DNA of 32,000 nucleotides from Candidatus Heimdallarchaeota archaeon (GTDB lineage: Archaea > Asgardarchaeota > Heimdallarchaeia > Heimdallarchaeales > Kariarchaeaceae), in the NCBI GenBank assembly GCA_030149205.1, contig JASBSB010000007.1, forward strand, positions 450,001 to 482,000, given 5' to 3'. Under the pieces are notes generated by a model. It searched no databases, had not been told where the DNA came from, and saw only the letters and a program-made list of their open reading frames with translations. The stretch's first letter is position 1; each line of letters begins with the position of its first letter. This document shows positions 1 to 8,900 of the stretch, piece after piece. The position numbers and the translations under genes are program-made.

Positions 1-2912
1 TGGATGACAATGTTGAATATTCACTCAAGACCAATCCATTAAAGGCTGATAGTGACTATGACCAGGTGTCTGACTATAAAGAAACCACAATTTATGGAAC
101 TAACCCATTGTCTGCTGATACAGACCAAGATGGTTTGGATGATTACTATGAGATTAATCATGCTTGGAATATAACTGGTGTTACTACCTCAGTTTCACAG
201 ATAAAAATTGGTGGAAAGTTCTATGATGATCATACAGATCCACTCAACCCAGATACGGATGGAGATGGGTTGCTTGACGGTCAAGAAGGTGAAAGAGGTG
301 TCTATTACGGACCTCAGCTCACTGGAACAGCCAAAGATTATGGATACACCCCAGACCCACCATTGATTTTTAATGGTGGATACACTCATCCACTGGATAA
401 TGACACAGATGATGATTCATATTGGCAGCTTTATGATGGCTCTATAGCCCCTGTTAGTTCTCCCTATATAATGAACCTAAATGATTATGTGGAGACCCAT
501 GGGCTTGAGGTTGTACTTATAGATCCTCTTACTGGTGAACCTGAGGCTCCTAGATTAATAAGGACCAATCCAGTTAATCCAGATTCCGATGGTGACACAG
601 GTGTAACAGCCTCACAAAGGAAAGTTCCTCCACCAGGGTTCTTCTTAAACTCTGATGGATATGAACTCGGTATTGCACACACAGATCCACTAAATGGAGA
701 CACAGATCAGGACGGATTAATTGATGGTTTAGAAGGTATTCTTAGACCAGATTCTAACCACACAGATCCATTAAATCCTGACACAGATGGAGATGGGCTG
801 GGTGACATGCAGGAAACACTCCTGGGGTTAAACCCAAGAGGTATAGATACAGATCATGATGGGGTAACAGACAGTGATGAGTTCTTCAAATATGGAACAA
901 ACCCCTTCCTTAATGATACAGACTTTGATGGATTGGAAGACGGAGAAGAACTCTTCTTATATCACTCAAATCCCTTCATGTCTGACAGTGATGCCGATGG
1001 TCTCTCTGATTATGCAGAAGTCTGGAAATATTTCTCATCTCCTTCAGACGAGGACTCAGATAATGATGGACTCACAGATTATGAGGAAGTGATGATACAT
1101 TATACAGACCCCTTTGTAGCAGACACCGATGGTGATGGACTTCTCGATGGTGATGAGGTTTTAGGGCTTCCATTTACAGATTCATTGAACCGAACACACC
1201 TTGTCTTTACAGACCCAACTAAATGGGATACAGATGGTGATTCTTTGACAACCTTGGATCAGTATGGCAAAATGAGTATGCCAATGTCCGATGGACAAGA
1301 ATTTGCAATGGGTACAGACCCATCAAGACGAGATACTGATCTGGATGGAATTGAAGACGGATGGGAACTTTGGTTAGGAAAAGGTATAATCCCTGGAATG
1401 GATCCAATTAAGCTTGATCCACTAAATAATGATACAGATGGTGATGACCTCCTTGATGGGCAAGAAGTTGCTATAATGAATATGAGTACACTTCTTAACC
1501 CCTACATAGGATTTACACTTGTCCGACCGTACAACACCTCAGCCACAAACCCAGATACAGACGGTGATCAAATCCCTGATCATGTGGAACTGTTAAATGG
1601 AACCCGTCCAGATAATCCCGACAGTGACAACGATACATTGACAGATTATGAGGAAATTAATGTCTACAAGACGGATCCAACACGAAATGACACAGATGGA
1701 GATGGACTGCTGGATCAAGAAGAGGTATTTGGATATCAGTTCCCCTCAAACACCAGTTCAGCTATCACCCTCCATGCATTGATAAGAACCGACGCTAACA
1801 ATCCAGACAGTGACTTTGATCTGTTACCTGATGGGGCAGAGGTACATTTCTATAACACAGACCCAAGAAATGGGGATGTCAATGGAAATGGTATTGTTGA
1901 TGGTATGGAAATTGATACAGACGGTGACGGACTCTATGATGGAGAAGAATTTATGGTCTACAAGACTGTTCAATCACCTGATGGAGGTGGTGTACTTAAC
2001 CCAGACTCAGATCATGATGGTCTCTTTGATGGGTTTGAAGTGTACCAAACCCTGACTAATGCATCTCGCTGGGACTCAGATAACGATACATATTCCGATG
2101 GACTTGAATTCTATTGTAACACAAACCCATTAGATAATTCAACAACACAATCAGAGATCAATGCCTGCTTTACTGGGTTGGATAAGGTTGTAATTCTCTC
2201 ACCAGCTCCAACAAAATATAGAACAAATAGTATACCTGTCATTGTATTTGATGCAACCAAGAATATGACAGCTATGTCTTACCAGTTCAGAGCTCATAAT
2301 GGCACATGGAGTGGATCAGTTCCTATGACCCCCTCTGTTGGTAAACCTGGACAATGGGAAGGAGCTGCATTAGGCATCCCACTCAAAAATGGAACTTATG
2401 AAGTTAAAGTTACAATACAAAGACCTGATGGGACAACCTTTGAAAGGAAAAGACTTTTCTCCTTGTTACTTGGACCCACTTTAATTCAGGTACAAACCCC
2501 TGAGTCAAGGAGGTATGACTTCAACGAGTTTACCACTCCTTCTCTTCCAATAAAGGTAAAGGCTGGGTTGGATTTCAATTCCACCTGGTATCGTATGAGA
2601 ATGGAGAATGGGACAATTATGAAGGATAACACCACCCTTCAGTATGACTCAGGTCTTAGTGCCTACTATCAGGACAAATTCGAATTTCCAAAGTTACGTG
2701 GGACACACAATTACACCATTGAGGTTTTCGGGATGAAGACCAATGGACAGGTGTATGTCTCAGTGGTGAACTTTCAAATCAAAACCCCCACCATCATTGA
2801 AAATGTGGCTATTGTGGGTACAGGTGTTGCAGCAACCATAGGTGTAGGTGGTGGAACCATAATAGGTGTGAGAAAGGGCATCTTCAAGAATCCTTTCAAA
2901 AAGAGGAGTTAA
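1..2912 (+). CDS. Membrane-anchored surface protein with ~22 TSP3-like (DxDxDGxxD) Ca-binding repeats, two C-terminal Ig-like domains and a TM helix; 5'-truncated by the window edge
   Basis: The frame is open from nt 3 (DDNVEYSLKTNPLKADSDYDQVSD), so the listed GTG at 66 is internal. Recurrent T[ND]P..xDTDGDGL.D..E units run to about nt 2130. Two similar segments follow (VILSPAPTKYRT.. and IQVQTPESRRYDF..). About 20 N-x-S/T sequons; hydrophobic segment at 2805-2870, then a basic tail. Confidence 0.85.
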   Translation, partial: DDNVEYSLKTNPLKADSDYDQVSDYKETTIYGTNPLSADTDQDGLDDYYEINHAWNITGVTTSVSQIKIGGKFYDDHTDPLNPDTDGDGLLDGQEGERGVYYGPQLTGTAKDYGYTPDPPLIFNGGYTHPLDNDTDDDSYWQLYDGSIAPVSSPYIMNLNDYVETHGLEVVLIDPLTGEPEAPRLIRTNPVNPDSDGDTGVTASQRKVPPPGFFLNSDGYELGIAHTDPLNGDTDQDGLIDGLEGILRPDSNHTDPLNPDTDGDGLGDMQETLLGLNPRGIDTDHDGVTDSDEFFKYGTNPFLNDTDFDGLEDGEELFLYHSNPFMSDSDADGLSDYAEVWKYFSSPSDEDSDNDGLTDYEEVMIHYTDPFVADTDGDGLLDGDEVLGLPFTDSLNRTHLVFTDPTKWDTDGDSLTTLDQYGKMSMPMSDGQEFAMGTDPSRRDTDLDGIEDGWELWLGKGIIPGMDPIKLDPLNNDTDGDDLLDGQEVAIMNMSTLLNPYIGFTLVRPYNTSATNPDTDGDQIPDHVELLNGTRPDNPDSDNDTLTDYEEINVYKTDPTRNDTDGDGLLDQEEVFGYQFPSNTSSAITLHALIRTDANNPDSDFDLLPDGAEVHFYNTDPRNGDVNGNGIVDGMEIDTDGDGLYDGEEFMVYKTVQSPDGGGVLNPDSDHDGLFDGFEVYQTLTNASRWDSDNDTYSDGLEFYCNTNPLDNSTTQSEINACFTGLDKVVILSPAPTKYRTNSIPVIVFDATKNMTAMSYQFRAHNGTWSGSVPMTPSVGKPGQWEGAALGIPLKNGTYEVKVTIQRPDGTTFERKRLFSLLLGPTLIQVQTPESRRYDFNEFTTPSLPIKVKAGLDFNSTWYRMRMENGTIMKDNTTLQYDSGLSAYYQDKFEFPKLRGTHNYTIEVFGMKTNGQVYVSVVNFQIKTPTIIENVAIVGTGVAATIGVGGGTIIGVRKGIFKNPFKKRS

Positions 2913-2921
2913 GTGATTAAA

Positions 2922-5900
2922 ATGAAGAAATTTACAATTTCAATACTTTCTGTTATCTTGCTTCTTATGCTGGTCTCTAACCCATTGGTAAGCATCCATG
3001 GATTGAGCAGCTCAGATGTAACCTCAAAACCAGAACTTACTCCTTTGAAGGACTGGAAAGATGGCATAGTGAAGGATAACGGGACAAACCTAAATCCAAA
3101 CGGAGTCTACGATCAAAACACAGATCTTGGAAAATTTCTGTCAGATCAGAAATCGACATTTGATAAAAAATGGGATCCATGGCTCACTCAAGGTGCAGTT
3201 CATGCTGTGGCATCAACTGCTGACGGAGACATGATGGCAATAGCAACTGGATATCTCTATGATAACCAGATACATGTGTACAGATACAACCACAAAACAC
3301 TGCAATATGATCACGTATGGGAAGTAGGCGGTGGAGTGTTTCAGTCTGATGTATTTACATTGGATTTTGCAGACACAGACTACAACAATCTTACTGAGAT
3401 AATTGCCGGTGGAAATGACGGAAGAATCTATGTGTTTGAGCAAAGGCATCTTTATGATCCAGTTACAAATATGGAAAACATGTTTGATCTGGTTTGGACA
3501 AGCCCTCGTCTTGGAAGAATCTTTAGTGTGACTGTGGACGACACAGATATGGACTTCCGGAAAGATATTGTGATTGGAACTGGTGATACAGTCAGATGGT
3601 ATGAATATGATAACCACTCCAACTATCCCTTCACAAAGGATCACTGGATGACATTCAGAGAGGTAAGCACCTTTAAAGCAAACTCACAGATTACCGCCTT
3701 AGGTGTGTCTGATGTAAACAGCAACGGGTTGAAAGAGGTTGCAGTGGGTCAAAAGTCTGGAGAGATTCAACTGCTTGAGAATGCTGGGGTTGTAATCCCC
3801 ATCAACGGGAAAAAATTCCCCTATTATCAAGATAACACCTATAGACAAATCTGGAGCTCGAATAACACCCTTAGAAGAGGTATAAGCTCTATGAGTGGTG
3901 GAGACCTGGATAATGATGGGTATCGAGAACTCTTGATTGCAGTTCAAGGTCAAGGAGCCTATGTTCTTGATCAATTAGACGGGCAGCTTGGCACATACAG
4001 AATCGAAAGACCATTTGCACCATGGGAATCCAACATGACTGCGTTTTATTCATTGGATTACTATATAGACTCAATGGTCAACTCATCTAGCATGTTCAAT
4101 GGAACGTGGCTACCACTTGCCTCTGCTAATGTGTATTACAAGAACATTACAAACAGCTATCAGGAGCCATTCAACATAAGTAAATATGTCTATGATAACT
4201 ATCCCTACAACTCAGAGACTGTCAGAGTTCCTGATAATAAATACACAACCTTGGATGGAACCAAGGTTCCAGGAAAAGCAGCATGGGCAGTTTATGATTT
4301 TGGGCATGATGAAGAGGCAGCTGGTAATGGCGTGCCTACTCAGTATGACCTATCAATACTTCTGCACTCTACAAGCACAGCAGTTAATCCAACAGATATT
4401 GAGATCTCAATTTCGGCAGATAATGTAAACTTTCACAAGATTGATTCTAAGTACATTAAGTTTAACTCAAGCGTTCCATTGAATACTTACTACCGTGCAT
4501 TCAATGTTGAGGTTGATCCAACCCTGATAAATGCATCTTTGGATTATTACAGATATATTAACATCACGGTGTTTAGTAAAAAACTGGTCATAGATTCAAT
4601 GAAGACCCTCTCAATAAATAACCCGATTTATGATGCACAATCAACAGAGGTTGGTCCTCTTCTCTTCAAGGGAGAGACTGTCGCAGAGAAGGCAGGGTTT
4701 ATTGGAACAATTGACGGTACAATCTTGGCCGTTACCTGGAACCCAACCATGAAACGATACACAATTTCATGGGACAGTTGGGTAAATGAAAGATTTAAGC
4801 TGAAGAAAAACATCTTTGATATGGAGCTGGTTCATAAGTCTGGTAGATTCCCATCTATCATCGGAAACAAGTTCCTTGCTTCGATTGCTGATTTTACATC
4901 TGGGTTAATCAATCCTTTCAATGGCTTCACAGAGAAAGTAGTGTCCTATTCTGCAGAAAACTTCTATAACTATCAACAGGAGCCTCGAGCAGAGTTTGTT
5001 ATCTCAACTGATAGCGGGAGATTATTAATTTACAGACAGCAGGCAGATAACTCACCTCTGGTTTTAGATAAAGCCCTGTCTAAGCAAATGTTTGACACAC
5101 CCATGGTGTATTCAAGTAAACTTGCAAACAATTTGACAACGGTGATGCAATACATAAATCAGAGGAAGGCTCTAGCTAATGGACCAAAATATTTTACGGT
5201 TTCATTCGTTCCGTTAGAAAATGGTATTATGGATGGATTTCTTGGAACCCAATTAAACATAATCAACACACCGTTTTTGATGCTCTTAGGTGAATGGACT
5301 GGTTCATTAGGTGATCTACAAGCACAATTGACAGGAGTCCCTGATTCACCCGTTCAAAATAATGATCTGACCATGTGGTATGTATACAACTTCCCATTAG
5401 GGAACGCTGCCTGTGATCCAGCATTAGAACAATGTACAACCGTTGTACCTTATATGAATGACCGTACAAATGCGCCTTACAGTCTGAAGGACTTGGATCT
5501 GACTGGACAAATGCTTGGATATTTCAGACAATCCAGTTGGATGCCAAAAATTGCTGGCGGTGATTTTATTGGCTCCTCTTCGAAAGATCTCGTTCTAACA
5601 AATGGAAAATTGATGCTGTTGGAGGTAAGTTATTCGGCAGACCCGAATTATATTCCCACTAAACCCAAAAATCAATTCGTAGCTGGGCCATCAGTTTGGG
5701 GATCGTTTAGCCCCACAAGTCAGATTATCTACACAGCTAACCCCTCCTATTTCTCACAAATCAATGAGATGTCTAATGGAAGGCAATGGACGAATCCATA
5801 TCCAGTGGACTTTGATAATGATGGTGATCTTGATCTTATTCTTAGCTTTGCAAGGTATGATACAACCACGTTCACAGTTGATCTGAAGAAGTACGGAATG

Positions 5901-8900
5901 ACATATTTCGAGAACGCAGGAACCCGAAACAATCCAATCTGGATTGAAAGGAAGAAGGCTGTGACAAACAATGACCCAGATTCAAATCTTAGAGTTAACT
6001 TGTACACAGATCCAGTTTTCATTAACGATAACTATGATCTAAAGTTTGGGTATTATCCTACAGTTGGATACCATCCTTACTTTAAGACAGGTTTACCTTC
6101 CAGATTGGTCATGTTCAATCTCCCAAGCATCTCTGCCGGAGTGTTTGACGGAAAGTTAAACTCCTTCAAGCTTAATTATGAACCTGGAACCTCACTGATG
6201 GTGGCAACCTACCCAGAGACAAAAAGACTTGATATAAATCTCATGGACTATAATATGGGGTTGCTTGGGCAGACTAACTTTGGGTACCATATCTTTGAAA
6301 GTTGGAACAATGGTCGAGAGCTAAATAACTGGACTCTCTCCCTCAGTACAGCAGATATGGATCAAGATGGAAAGAATGAGGTAATTGTTGGTGATTTTAA
6401 CAACAATGCGTATGTATTTGAACATCTCACAAACAACACCTACAAGAGAGCCTACAAGACACCTGATATCAATCGAACAGTGGTCACAGATCAAAGTCCA
6501 TATGCCAGTAACCTATTTACGGGTATTAGTGGAAACTTTAACAGGACAATCTTTAACCACGCAACATTTACGATGGCAGGGGTAGACTTAAACAATAACA
6601 CACTCCAAGAATTCATCATTGCAACTGACTCTGTCTTGTATGTATTTGAATCCTATCTTACAAGAGCAGGAAGGATAAGGGATGACTCATACAGGTTAAT
6701 CGCACAGATTGATCTTTATTCCCTTCCAGCCCTCTCAAGGATGGATCGTAGCTTGATCAAGGTCAGCTCACTGACATGGGCAAACGACATCACCAATGAT
6801 GGCAACAGAGAATTAGTTGTCGCTGTTGGTCCCGCATTGTTAATTTTTGATATTCAATCACTTAATCATGACACAAGCCTTGCCTTTGTAAAACAGGTGT
6901 TTATGAATAGATTAGACTCAAATCTGTTCAACTGGAATGAAATTTTCTTCAAAGACACCTACAATGCCACCGGAAAGTACAACATGCCAGGAAACTACCT
7001 GATATCATTGAATCAGGTAATCTCTTCAGTCCTTGTTGAAGACATCAACAAGAATGGAAAGATGAATATAGTCATTGCAGGAAAAGATCTTGATACAGCT
7101 AAGCCTATAAGGGACGGCTTCATCAGAATCTATGAATGGACTGGTGTGAACTTTGATCAGATTATTGCTCCTGAGGTGTTTAAAAAGACAACCCAGTTCA
7201 ATATGATTACTGATCTAGAGACAGATGACGCAGACCATGATGGTTTAACAGAACTAATAATTGGACATCAAAATGGAATTGATATCTATGAGGTTACGGG
7301 TAGTAACACAGTTGAATATCGTGAGACAATCACCTCGAACCCTCATTATCAAGTGCCAAAGCATAATTATCTAGGTTTGGGAAGAACTCCCACCACATTC
7401 ACAAACGCAAAGGATGTAGTGCTACTTTCCAATGGGACTCTATTGATGGCATATGTTGTACAAGTGACCAAAGGAAACTTTGAGATAAGGGTTGCAGGAT
7501 CAAACGATGATGGAGCAACTTGGATCCAATATGGTGCAATAACCTATTCTGGAACAGCATCTGCGAGCTATCCTGGTGCTTTGGTTGCAATCGAAAGTAT
7601 AGACCTATTGATCAAAGGTGGATTATTGTGGTTATCTTTTGCGGAAAGACGCAGTGACACACCTACTACCGATGTGGCTGTGTTTTACGTAATTAGAAAC
7701 CTACAGTTCAAAACATCAAACACCGCATACTTTGTTAGTGCAACCTCAGTAACACGAAACAGTGAGCAATCTGCCTCACCACAAATGTTTAACTTTCCAA
7801 ATGCATCTACTACAGAGGTTGGGTTTGTTTACTTTAACTTCCAAAACTCAAGCTTATGGTTCTTAAGAGCAGATACAGCCTATGCAGGGATTTTTGGAAC
7901 ATACTTTTCCGCAAGCACAAGAGTCCTATGGGCTAACGGGTCAGTTTTAGGGGAAAAATTCCTTGTTCACTCACTCAGCGTCTATGATCAACCTAGAGGA
8001 AACTCACTCGATTTCGCATTTGCTGGATACCCCCGAAACGAATCCCTCTCACTTGCAGTGAACCTGTACTATGTGTCTGTGGATATATTTCGAGCTTCTA
8101 GCTGGATGTTTAACTTTACAAAACAACCAACCAAGGTGTTACAGGGTAACCTGCCAATTAAGTTCCCATCTATTATTCGAATGCAGGATACTGGGGCATT
8201 ACTCATCTCCTTTGAGCAGCTATCCCTGAAGCCATTTGGTGGACTTTATGCTGCTTGGTCAAATGATCTTGGAACCTCATGGAATGGACCATATTCTATG
8301 ACTCATCCTTATGGTTTGGATCTCCCTCTACTCACAGCATTACCGACCCCATCCAAAGAATCCTACAGAGTTGGAACATATGATGGCAGAATCATGCTTG
8401 ATTTCTTTGATGTCAGAAGACCTGTCCTTGTACCTACAAAAGGAAGTGGATTTACTCAAGTTTATAATGTGTACTTCACCACAAACCTGAGGAGAGAGGG
8501 TTCTATTGGGTATTGTGCTTCTTACACCTTCAATTTTGGGGATATTGCACAAACCATCTCTGGCACCTGTGATCCATACTCAGGCACTTCCAGGGTTTTG
8601 GCTTCTTTCCACAATCCGTGGAGTAACTTCACCACGTATTCCCTGAGAGGAGTTACTGATCTTACAGTTGGGGACACAGATAATGATGGTAGACATGAGA
8701 TACTTGCACTTAGCGGAAATCAGGCATATCTGTATGAATTTGCACACAACAGTAAGACATTCATTAGACATGTTGAGACCTGGATATCTGATCCATATGA
8801 TCAGCAACTACGTAAAGGTGCAATCTCAGATGCAAACGGAAATGGTATCCCTGAAATTATTCTCGAAACAGCAAGGGGTGTTGTAAACTCTTTTGAGTTG

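Noticed and set aside
66-68. GTG at 66 as the start of the first ORF
   Set aside because: The frame is open to the window edge with another TSP3-like repeat upstream and no signal peptide at 66, so the gene starts before the window.
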